48,651 nt of DNA from Clostridia bacterium (lineage in GTDB: Bacteria; Bacillota; Clostridia; Christensenellales; Borkfalkiaceae). Position numbers and translations under genes: made by a program. The stretch covers positions 1 through 48,651 of the forward strand of contig JAFVTK010000028.1 of assembly GCA_017503265.1 (NCBI GenBank), given 5' to 3'. Shown here in pieces: positions 26,853-36,100 of this stretch. Under the pieces are notes generated by a model. That model was not told the DNA's origin, made no database searches, and saw only the letters and a program-made list of their open reading frames with translations. How positions within the stretch are numbered: position 1 is the stretch's first letter; the number at the start of each line of letters is the position of its first letter.

Positions 26853-29547
26853 TTTCGACTCCTTTTTTCTTCACCTTTTTTAAAACGATAATCACAAAGA
26901 TTCCTCCCGCAATTACTAACGCTCCACCTATTGATGCAAATATTATCCAAGCGTAATTTCTTGCGCCTACTTGAACTTCATAAACGTAAGTTGAAGTATT
27001 TCCCGAAGCGTCTAACGCAACGATTTTAACTTCGTAAACTCCTTCTTCTTTAGCGATAAATTTATTATCTACAATAGAAACAACTTTGCCGTTGAAGGTC
27101 ACGCTTATCGTATAACCTGTATCCAATTCCGAATTATCTGAAACTTGAACGGTTGCAAGTTCAACCGTACTTCCTTGCGACGAAGTTTTAACTTCGTTTG
27201 ACGTTTTTATTATAGGCGCAACTTTGTCCGTTAAGTAATAAATAAATTCACACGATTTACTACCCGACTCATCTGACACCGTGTAAACGATATTATATAC
27301 GCCGATTGATTTAGGCGTAAATTTACCGTCGGTTACAGAAATTTCGGTATTCTCAAACAAAACTTTGTACGTTCCGTTTTTAAGTTCGTTGCCGTAAAAA
27401 TCTTTTGCTTTGGGAACTTCAATACTTATCTCTTGTCCAACGTCAAACGTTTTATCCGTAGGTGTTTCAATTTCTATCCAATTCGTCTTTACGTCAATAA
27501 AAATGTTTTTACGAATAACGTATATATCTGCAATGTTAATTACGGCAGAAATACAATATAAACCCTCTTCGTTAAACGTTGCCGAGTAAGAACCTGATTT
27601 AAACTGTGACGTTACGTTTTCTACGCTCTCACCGTGAACTTTTTCAACCGTAAAACTTTCCGTACTGCTAAAATATCCGTATGGGAAAACAACTGCTTTT
27701 CCCTTTAACGCTTTAACTCTAACAGAGTCTGAATCTAAAGATGAGCCTTCTACTAATATGGTGTTTGTAGGAACTTTACCCACCGATATAGACGGAAATT
27801 CCTTATATACCGCTATTTTTCTTTGTGCAGAAACGATTTCTCCATCGTAATGGTATTCATATAAAACGTCGTATACACCCTCGTTTGCAAAAGAACTTGG
27901 CGTTAATGCATTCCATTGTCCACCGTTTAAACTGACGCTTATATTAACTTTAGTCGGATTGATTTTTACTCCGCTTACCGCATTTATCATTAAATAGTCG
28001 TTTGCAGTTGGCAAAACAATATCTTCGTTCGCCCTATATAAAACGGACTTTAAAATACCATCGTTTAATTTTAATGCGTAACTGCTTACGTTACACGAAA
28101 AAGACTTTACGACTTTTTGTCCTAAATAGTCGGTTACTTCGTATTCAAAAGTATATTCGCCGTCTTCTTCAAAACGATAGATAAAATCAGCGGGGCATAT
28201 AGCCTTTGAAACAACGACACCGCCGTCTTTTTTTATCGTAAGATAGACTTCCGGTAAATCATCTTGAATATTGCTACTCAAAGAAAAACCAGCGTCTATT
28301 TCGTCGTATATAAGATAGTTACGTTCTACTCCGTTTAAAGTAAGGTTTGAACCGCCTGTTTGCAAAACTGACACTTTAAACGAATACGTCTTTTCTACGT
28401 TTTCGTTTGGATCTATAACGGAATACTCTATCGAGTAAATACCCGCTTTAGTCGGCGTAAATTTTAAATCGTCCGAATATGCAACTTGATCTAATACAAC
28501 GCTATCATCAGGATCTTTTACTGTAACCTTTCCACCGAGTGTTTCAAAATTATAAGACAATGTTTTTGAAAAATATAACGGTTTTGGAACTGTAAATTCT
28601 TTGTTAATAATACCTTTATTTTTATATTCAACCTTATAATTACCCGTCAATACGTTTCCGCCGAGCGAAAGTAATAAAATAGAATAATCGTTATTTTTCT
28701 TGTTTGCAAAATCAACTTTAAAAGTTAAATTGCTCAAGTCGTCAAACCCTTCCCAAATGGTTGATATAATACTGTTACCTTTTTTATAATCGGCTTTGTC
28801 TAAATCACGAATTCTCCATCTTCTTTCACCGTTAGGAGCAAGTTTATACTTATCGGTGAGCGTCCATTCTGCATTTTCGTCGTCGTCACGCCATTTAAAG
28901 CCCATATCTGCATAAATTGCGTTTTCTTCACGGTCGTAATAAATACCTATTACACCGTTTTGACCCGCAACCGCTTTATTTCCGTCTTTATCGTAGAAAT
29001 TAAACCACGAAAAATCTGCGCCGTAACCGTCAAAAGTATAAGGAGAAATAGCCGCGTATTCGTCTGCTAAATACGATTCAGTTTCAGCCCAGGCATAATT
29101 ACCTTGATGTTCGCCTAAAAGCGTTTGGTTTTGTCCCGACGCAAGTCCGCAAATGTAGTTCCACTTTGGAGCGTCTGCTTTTCTTGGAATAAAACTAACC
29201 GACAACGCTTTTCCAGTAGTATCCGACAGCGTAAACGTCAATTTTTCAAAGTCGGGAGTATATAATTTGCCATCACCCCTTTTCGAAGGGGTGATTACAA
29301 ATTGAAATATAGGAGTGTCCAAATCACAAGACGACAAATCAACCGATTCTTTAAACGTATCAACGTTGTTCTTGTCAATTCTAACGCCTGCATAATCTAC
29401 CCCGTCGTAATTAACGACGGAGATAGGATATTCAGTTTTTGCTTGTGCGGAAAAATTGCCAACTCCTAAACAAGCCAACAAACAACATAAAGCCATAATT
29501 ATTGCCGACAATTTTCCGCTTATTGTTTTGAAAATCTTATTTTTCAT
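26833..29547 (-). CDS. Large surface protein B (one unclassified module plus about six Ig-like repeats, C-terminal TM anchor), 904 aa
   Basis: N-terminal signal or lipobox-like segment ALCCLLAC. Repeats include GIYSIEYSVIDPNEN, GEYTFEYEVTDYLGQ, GVYNIVYTVSDESGS and GVYEVKIVALDASGN. The C-terminus is WIIFASIGGALVIAGGIFVIIVLKKVKKKG. The stop overlaps the SBP start by 20 nt. Confidence 0.8.
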   Translation of the reverse strand: MKNKIFKTISGKLSAIIMALCCLLACLGVGNFSAQAKTEYPISVVNYDGVDYAGVRIDKNNVDTFKESVDLSSCDLDTPIFQFVITPSKRGDGKLYTPDFEKLTFTLSDTTGKALSVSFIPRKADAPKWNYICGLASGQNQTLLGEHQGNYAWAETESYLADEYAAISPYTFDGYGADFSWFNFYDKDGNKAVAGQNGVIGIYYDREENAIYADMGFKWRDDDENAEWTLTDKYKLAPNGERRWRIRDLDKADYKKGNSIISTIWEGFDDLSNLTFKVDFANKKNNDYSILLLSLGGNVLTGNYKVEYKNKGIINKEFTVPKPLYFSKTLSYNFETLGGKVTVKDPDDSVVLDQVAYSDDLKFTPTKAGIYSIEYSVIDPNENVEKTYSFKVSVLQTGGSNLTLNGVERNYLIYDEIDAGFSLSSNIQDDLPEVYLTIKKDGGVVVSKAICPADFIYRFEEDGEYTFEYEVTDYLGQKVVKSFSCNVSSYALKLNDGILKSVLYRANEDIVLPTANDYLMINAVSGVKINPTKVNISVSLNGGQWNALTPSSFANEGVYDVLYEYHYDGEIVSAQRKIAVYKEFPSISVGKVPTNTILVEGSSLDSDSVRVKALKGKAVVFPYGYFSSTESFTVEKVHGESVENVTSQFKSGSYSATFNEEGLYCISAVINIADIYVIRKNIFIDVKTNWIEIETPTDKTFDVGQEISIEVPKAKDFYGNELKNGTYKVLFENTEISVTDGKFTPKSIGVYNIVYTVSDESGSKSCEFIYYLTDKVAPIIKTSNEVKTSSQGSTVELATVQVSDNSELDTGYTISVTFNGKVVSIVDNKFIAKEEGVYEVKIVALDASGNTSTYVYEVQVGARNYAWIIFASIGGALVIAGGIFVIIVLKKVKKKGVENEEKID

Positions 29548-29553
29548 AATACC

Positions 29554-32500
29554 TTATTTGTTATCGTTTTTTCTTTTAATCGCAACGATTGCAACCATTG
29601 CAAAAAGTCCAAGGAAAGCAGAAGACGTTACAGAACCCATACAACCGCCGCCATTTTCTTCGTTTTTAGTCCAAGATGCGTATAAAGTAGTCGCTCCAGT
29701 TATTTTTTCACCGTTATATTTTTTAGTGCATTCTTTATCGGTGAATAATCCACCAAACGTATAACCATCTTTAGAAATTGAACTTGTATCAACTGCTTTG
29801 TCATATTCAACTTCAATAGTAGTATTGGCAAAAAGACCGTTTACAATAGTTACAGTAAACTTTTTAGCAATCCACTTTGCAGTTAAAGTGATATCTTCGG
29901 TTAATGCGTTTCCAAATACGAATTTTTCTTCGCCTAAATACCAACCGTCAAAATCATATCCTTCTTTAGTAGTAGTTTCGGTAAATGCGGTTACCACTTC
30001 GCCTTCGGTGTATTCTTTAGCGTCGATAGGCGTACCGCCTGCCGTATCAAAAGTGATAACGTAAGGCTTTAATCCGTAAACCGCATAAGCAGTAACGTCA
30101 CCCGTTATTGCACTATCGCCGTCTATTGACCAACCTTGGATTATATAACCTGCTTTTTCAGGAATTTCAGGAGCGGTTACAGCGCTAAATAAAGTGCCGT
30201 ATTCAACGTTTTCAACAGTATCTAAAAGGTCGTCGCCAACCATATAAGTTACGGTATAAGTTAATTTTTTGAAGGTTGCGGTATATCCAACGTTATCCGA
30301 TACGTCTTGTGCGTCGTAAGTATAATAACCGTTAACAACGTCGGCAGTTACGTCTACTCCACCGATTGTGAAAGTGTCAAGTTCATAACCTTCGCCTGCA
30401 ATAATTTGAATGGTGTTTCCACCCTCAAGTAAGATTGCTTCGCCGTCTAATCCGTTTACTTTTACGCTACCGTTTTCAACTGCTGCGTTTGCCATAATAC
30501 GGGTTTTAACTTCAAACGCTTTACTTACCACGAATGAATCAGTTGAAACGACGATTTCATATATACCTCTGTCTAAAACTACTGAAGTCCAAGTAGAATC
30601 AACCGCGCTATCTGTAGAAACGACTGTTCCGTCTTTAATTAAAACAATTTCAGCGCCCTCTAAAGAAAGGGTATCTTCTGCGATTAAGGATAAATCTGCA
30701 AGAGTTAATACGTTACCTTTAGCAAGTCCTGCTTTAACTTCAAAAGAAGATAATGCAACCAACTCACCTTGTATAGATGCCGAAGAAGTAAACGTAGTTA
30801 CACCTATACTTTCTTCATCAACAAAGTATTCTACCTTATATTCACCAACTTGAACGAAATCAAACTTGCCGTCTACAACGTCACTGATTTGTCCGTCAGG
30901 AGTGGTAATTTTAGCGGTGAAATCTTCTGCGTCTAAATCAACTTTGCCTGCAAGAACGTTATGTCTGAACGGAACGGGAACGCTTACGTCTTTACCTGCT
31001 AAAACTAAACCGTCGCTAGGAGCAAATGCTTTAGCAGATTCGCCTGCGGTAATTTCAACCTTTCCGTCTTTATCCGTGCCGAGTTTTTGTCCGTCAATTT
31101 CTAAAATTCTAACTTTTACAGAGTCAAAACCTTCAGTTAAAGTTGCAGTCATTGAGAAACTTAAAAGTTTATCGCCAAATCCTTCAAAAGCGTTTCTTTG
31201 ACCGTCGTAAGTACTACCAAGGTCTGCAATCTTCCAACGTTTAACGACTACGCCGTCAGGTCTTGTAAAGTTAGTATAATAATCTGCTTTCCATCTACCG
31301 ACGTCAGCGTATAACGAGTTATCTTCCGCATTATAATAAATTGCAAAAGTTGCGTTTGAGGTAGCGTGAGCATCCGTTCTTATATTGTTACTTGAGTACG
31401 CCGTTGCCGATTCTCCCGCGTCAGTATCAACACCGTATTGATCTAAAAGTACAGTTGCCGGATATCTAGGATATCTGTCGAACTGATATGGAATTGGGTA
31501 ACCAAATTCGCCTTTATTAAACGCCGTCGAATTGTTTTGCGCCCATCTTTCTTCACCGTTTACCGAAACGGTATAACAGTTACGGAAATTAATTATATTA
31601 TCTTCAGCATCCGCCTCAGCGAAATCTCTTAAATTAATTAAAAGTTTGTCCGTTCCGTCAGTCAATTCAAATGCTAAATTGTAAAGTCCCGAATTGTTTA
31701 CGGCTGTTGCTTTACCAATATGTTCAGGATAAACTTCAAACTCTACGAGTTTAGTAAATACGTCGTTATCCGAAAGCATTACGTTATAACCTTCAGATAA
31801 AGAAAGTATGCCGTCGTCAGCGGTAAACTCTTTTAATAAACCGCTCGTTCCTTTGTTTGCTTTTAAAGTATCGGCAGTTGCGGTGTTTACTTGCTGACCT
31901 GCTAAACTTGTAATAACGATATCGTGAGTTCCTTGGTATGCAGGGTTCCAGTCTACGTGCATAGTAACGGCTACGCTCTTTGCCTCTTCTTCGGTAAAGC
32001 CGTTCCAAGCAATTTTTGAATTGTATTTTGCAAAAGCACCCGAAGTTCCGTAACCGCCGTTACCGTGAGTTGGAGTAGCCGCGTCTAAAAGTAAGAAATG
32101 ATTATCTCCGTCTTCCGTAGTAACGTGATATTTACCTGTTTTATCATTAGTTACGTATGCGTCGAATTGGGTGTAACTTACAGAGTTTACGTAAAATTTA
32201 GAAGTTTCGTAATCGTAATAAACTTCCGCAGGATAAATTGCGCAATAATCACCCGAGTTACTTGGGTTTTTACTCTTGTTTATATATCTATATTGCTCAA
32301 CGGATGCTTTGTCAGAAACGGACGTTGGCATTGAACCGTCAAATCTAAACGCATAACAACCCGTTGGATCGCCTGCTTCAACCGAATAATACGTACCGGG
32401 GGTATTTCTCGTTCCTTGACCAAGGTGAATATTGTGTCCGTTAAAAGCCACACCTATTGAAGAGTGAGGAGTTTTAGACTCGTAATTTTGCACCATTGCT

Positions 32501-33030
32501 ATGTCGAAATATTTTTCAGGATTTACGGTTGACCTAAACGTATAATAAATACCAAGATAAGGATTAACCGAATCAGCAGGTGCTTTAGGTCCTAAAAAGT
32601 TTACCGTAGGTAAAAAACCTATTACGGGTTCTTCGTCAGTTGCCTTACTTTGCGATAAGTCAACTACACCCATATCTAAAGTAGTAGTTCCGTCTAAAGT
32701 AAGTTTTGCGCCTGCATAACTCCAAGCCTTGCTTACGTCATCAGTACCGATAGGCATATTAGCCATACCGTTTACTGATACATTAGAACCGTTTTCTACG
32801 GTAGCAAGATAACCGCCAACAGTTCCACTAGGAACGTATTTATTGATTAAGTAGTTTGCGTCAGAGATTGTTGCAACTTCAAACAAATTACCCGATGGCG
32901 CAATTCCTCCTGTAAACGCACCAGTAGCGGTTGCATCCGCTTTTGCCCTAATATTAAGCGACGCTACGCCTAATACCATCATAACGCTTAATAAAAGCGC
33001 AACTAAAGATGAACGTGTTTTTTTCAACAT
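29554..33030 (-). CDS. Large surface protein C (two unclassified modules, Ig-like domains, three Listeria-Bacteroides (Flg_new/InlB-B type) repeats, C-terminal TM anchor), 1158 aa
   Basis: Signal peptide present. Flg_new-type repeats are KAGYIIQGWSIDG, KEGYDFDGWYLGEEKF and KDGYTFGGLFTDKECTKKYNG. The tail is SSAFLGLFAMVAIVAIKRKNDNK. AGGAGA SD. Confidence 0.85.
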   Translation of the reverse strand: MLKKTRSSLVALLLSVMMVLGVASLNIRAKADATATGAFTGGIAPSGNLFEVATISDANYLINKYVPSGTVGGYLATVENGSNVSVNGMANMPIGTDDVSKAWSYAGAKLTLDGTTTLDMGVVDLSQSKATDEEPVIGFLPTVNFLGPKAPADSVNPYLGIYYTFRSTVNPEKYFDIAMVQNYESKTPHSSIGVAFNGHNIHLGQGTRNTPGTYYSVEAGDPTGCYAFRFDGSMPTSVSDKASVEQYRYINKSKNPSNSGDYCAIYPAEVYYDYETSKFYVNSVSYTQFDAYVTNDKTGKYHVTTEDGDNHFLLLDAATPTHGNGGYGTSGAFAKYNSKIAWNGFTEEEAKSVAVTMHVDWNPAYQGTHDIVITSLAGQQVNTATADTLKANKGTSGLLKEFTADDGILSLSEGYNVMLSDNDVFTKLVEFEVYPEHIGKATAVNNSGLYNLAFELTDGTDKLLINLRDFAEADAEDNIINFRNCYTVSVNGEERWAQNNSTAFNKGEFGYPIPYQFDRYPRYPATVLLDQYGVDTDAGESATAYSSNNIRTDAHATSNATFAIYYNAEDNSLYADVGRWKADYYTNFTRPDGVVVKRWKIADLGSTYDGQRNAFEGFGDKLLSFSMTATLTEGFDSVKVRILEIDGQKLGTDKDGKVEITAGESAKAFAPSDGLVLAGKDVSVPVPFRHNVLAGKVDLDAEDFTAKITTPDGQISDVVDGKFDFVQVGEYKVEYFVDEESIGVTTFTSSASIQGELVALSSFEVKAGLAKGNVLTLADLSLIAEDTLSLEGAEIVLIKDGTVVSTDSAVDSTWTSVVLDRGIYEIVVSTDSFVVSKAFEVKTRIMANAAVENGSVKVNGLDGEAILLEGGNTIQIIAGEGYELDTFTIGGVDVTADVVNGYYTYDAQDVSDNVGYTATFKKLTYTVTYMVGDDLLDTVENVEYGTLFSAVTAPEIPEKAGYIIQGWSIDGDSAITGDVTAYAVYGLKPYVITFDTAGGTPIDAKEYTEGEVVTAFTETTTKEGYDFDGWYLGEEKFVFGNALTEDITLTAKWIAKKFTVTIVNGLFANTTIEVEYDKAVDTSSISKDGYTFGGLFTDKECTKKYNGEKITGATTLYASWTKNEENGGGCMGSVTSSAFLGLFAMVAIVAIKRKNDNK

Positions 33031-33123
33031 TTTCTTTCTCCTTATAATTTTATTTTGCGGTGTCGTTACCTATTTTACGGCAACAACACCCATCAATCCA
33101 TTAAAATTTTTAAACGTTTTACT

Positions 33124-36100
33124 TTAAGCGGTAAAATCTTCTACCTTAAGATTAATTTCAACCTTCCAGATACCCAACGCTTCACACATGGTCTTAAACG
33201 TTGCCTTATCTGCGCCCTCATAACTACACTTTATTTGTAAGTATCTGTAAAACATTGATAAATAATCTAAACGTCTTGTAATTTCTGCATTTCCGCTAAC
33301 TGAAGAGTAAGCGTTATCAAATATAGTTTTAGTTTGACTTACCCAAGTGCTATTATATCTACTCTTTAACTCGCTTACGGTTAAATCTTCGCCAAGAGAG
33401 AACTCTTTTGAACCGAAAACGCTTTCTATCTTTGAAATGTACTGCAAAACGTAACTAGCCGCAGCACCGTAATAAGCGTTTATAAACTCATCTCTTAAAT
33501 CGTTATAAGAAAGAGATGAATCCCAGTACATTCTACTTCTAATCCAGTCATCCATTTCGGCAAAAGGATAAATTGAAATTTTTTGATAATCCGCAACTCC
33601 TTGCGCAAAAATTTCTTTTACGCCAAGCGATTTAAAATATTCAATGTTTGCTTCGGTAGACTTTTGGAATGGGAGTGGTTGAAGGTAATGGCGGAAGTCT
33701 GCTCTATAATCCCAAATTGCAAGGTTTGCAGCAACTTTTGCCCAACCGTCAAAAATGGTTTTCCACGTAATTCTATTAGTCCAACTGTCGTCATAATAAT
33801 TATTGCTTGCGGTAATGGCTTTAGAATAGTCTAAAGTAATAGGCGCAATTCTTATGATTACGTTGTCGGCAACCGTAACTCCACCTTTTGGCGGTTCGAT
33901 AAACGCGTGATATGCGTATGCCATTAAATAAATTTCTCTTCTTGGACAGTTCATTGCTTGCCAAGTCTTTATATCGCTTGCAAGTTTATTTACAAAGCGA
34001 AGATACACACCGCTTTCGCCGTAAGTGTTATATGCAGATTTACACTGCGAACATTGACAACTTGAAGAAGTATCTACCACACCTATTTCATAATAAATCT
34101 TTTGAGGATTATTTACAATAATAGTTTTTAATTTTTCTAAAACTATATCGTACATTCCGTTATCGTTATTGTACGCTCTTGTAAAACATATTTGTCTTAC
34201 CTTACCGCTTTCCTTATAATACCAGTTGGGATTTTCCGCTCCGTAAGTAAGCCCCGTGCCAAAATAGTCCCAAGAAGAATCGTACGGTAAGAAATAAGTA
34301 ATCATACTTTGGTCGTCAAGCGTTTGAGAAAAAGGAACTACGTTATAACCGTAATTGCCCGTTTTATAATCGTTATTATCAGTATAAACGTAACGAGAAC
34401 CCGTATCGTAAAGATGCATATTGATATACGCCGCTTTCATATTCGCAGGCATATTTAAACCGTCGCCCGTGTAATAGCCTCTTCTAGTTAATTCACTATG
34501 CATAGAACGATATCTAAAATCAGGGAAATCTTCGTAGTTAAAGTTTTTAAGCGTTTGAACGGGACTTTCATCAATTACCGCGCAATCATAAGCGTAATAC
34601 ATATAGCCAAAGTTTTCTTCTAAGAATCTATACATACCGTAGAATAATGCGTAATCGTCTTCGGCGTAAATAGCAACGCCGTCGCCATACGATTTTATAC
34701 CGAAACCGCCTTGATTTTTTGTGTAAGACGAAAGGGTTAATTCAGATTTTTTTTTAAGTTCCGTGTCGCCTAACGATATATACTTAGTTGTAGAAGAGTC
34801 GTAAACACTTACGATGGGCATTTCTGCCCCGTAAGTGTTTTTAATTATCGACTTTAATTCTTCTGCAGCAAAGAGTTCGCTTTGACTGGGAAAGGAAGGA
34901 ACTAAAATAGCGTAGTCGGTTGTGCCGTTATCGATAATAGTAACCGCTTGTTCTACTGCATTTTTAATTCTTGTTGGAAGAGTAAACGTAACGTTAAGTT
35001 TATCACCCGAATCTTCCATTATAAGCGTACTTCCGTTAGCCCAATAAGCCGCTCCGTCATAAACCAAACATCTTACTCCGCTTGCTCCCGAAACAACCAA
35101 ACTAATGGTAGTTTCAGTAGTAGAAACTGAATCAACGGTGTAAGTTGCATCGTCGTTTGCCTTAACGCCAAGCGTGTTTACGTCTATTACCTTATTTAAG
35201 TAATTGTTTTGAAGGAATGTCTTAATTGAAGTAGCGGTAGTTTCATCCATTCCTGCATATTCGTCTTCGTCGTTATATGCAGATTTTGCAACTTCGTAAG
35301 CACTTCTTGAATTGTCTGTTTCGGTATAATTTGAATAAACAAATCCCGTCGTACCGTCGTCGTAAGAAATTTCAACGTAAACTCTTGCAGAGAATTCTCT
35401 TGCCATATTAGTTGCTTTAAGGTGAGTCATAGTAACGTAGAAATGAGTTAAATCTGCACCTTCAACGGTATTTTCAGCAGGTTGCTGATACATTGAGCCG
35501 TCTTGATAATCGTCTAAGGTAAACGCCTTGTTTTCAATATAATCGGTAGGAGCAAGTATCATACCGTATTCTTTGATATTATCTTGAATACTAGCGTCAA
35601 TTTGACTGTCAATAAAGCCTCTAAATCTTAAGCCGGTATAACCGCTAATTCTAATAGACGCGCCTGCCTCGGTATAGAAATCAAGGTATGCAAGTTTATA
35701 TTCCTTGCTTTCTGCTAAAACAACGCCGTTTAAGTCGCTAATGTTCTTTAATAAAGTACCGTCATAATAACCGATTACTCTGCTTTCTTCATTGCTGAAA
35801 AGATCTCCAACGTTTACGATATCATTTTCATTGAGAACAAAAGATTTACCAGTCGTAGTGTCGATAATCGACATATAGGGGCTTAAACCTAACTTATCGT
35901 CTAAAATCTTACCGTCGAATTTTCCGCCTTTTTGAGTAGCGAAAGAAACTCCGTCAATACCCATAATGAAAAATCTAGTCCACTCTTCGGTAATAAGTCT
36001 GTTAGACCTTTCAACGTTAACCGAAAGTTTAACTTTTCCGTCGGTAAAACCATTGAAATAATTTGTTCCGTTTGCAGAAACGTCTTTAAATGAACGAATT

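Noticed and set aside
31817-32008. Short same-strand alternative-frame ORFs inside large genes (31817..32008, 36507..36695, 15038..15322, 10640..10828).
   Set aside because: They are fully nested in the frames of proteins C and D, GH36 and the MFS transporter. There is no SD and the composition is Arg/Tyr-rich and biased. No support for overlapping genes.
33059-33095. Imperfect hairpin GGTGTCGTT...AACAACACC in the 93-nt gap between genes D and C, considered as an attenuator.
   Set aside because: The stem has a mismatch, no U-run follows on the minus strand, and the support is too weak to call.
34747-34755. Homopolymer tracts considered as phase-variation switches: T9 at 34747..34755 inside gene D (encoding KKK), and A9 at 39441..39449 inside the regulator gene.
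   Set aside because: Several A9/T9 runs are expected by chance at this base composition. Both are in frame and code for Lys runs. There is no evidence of length heterogeneity from a single sequence.
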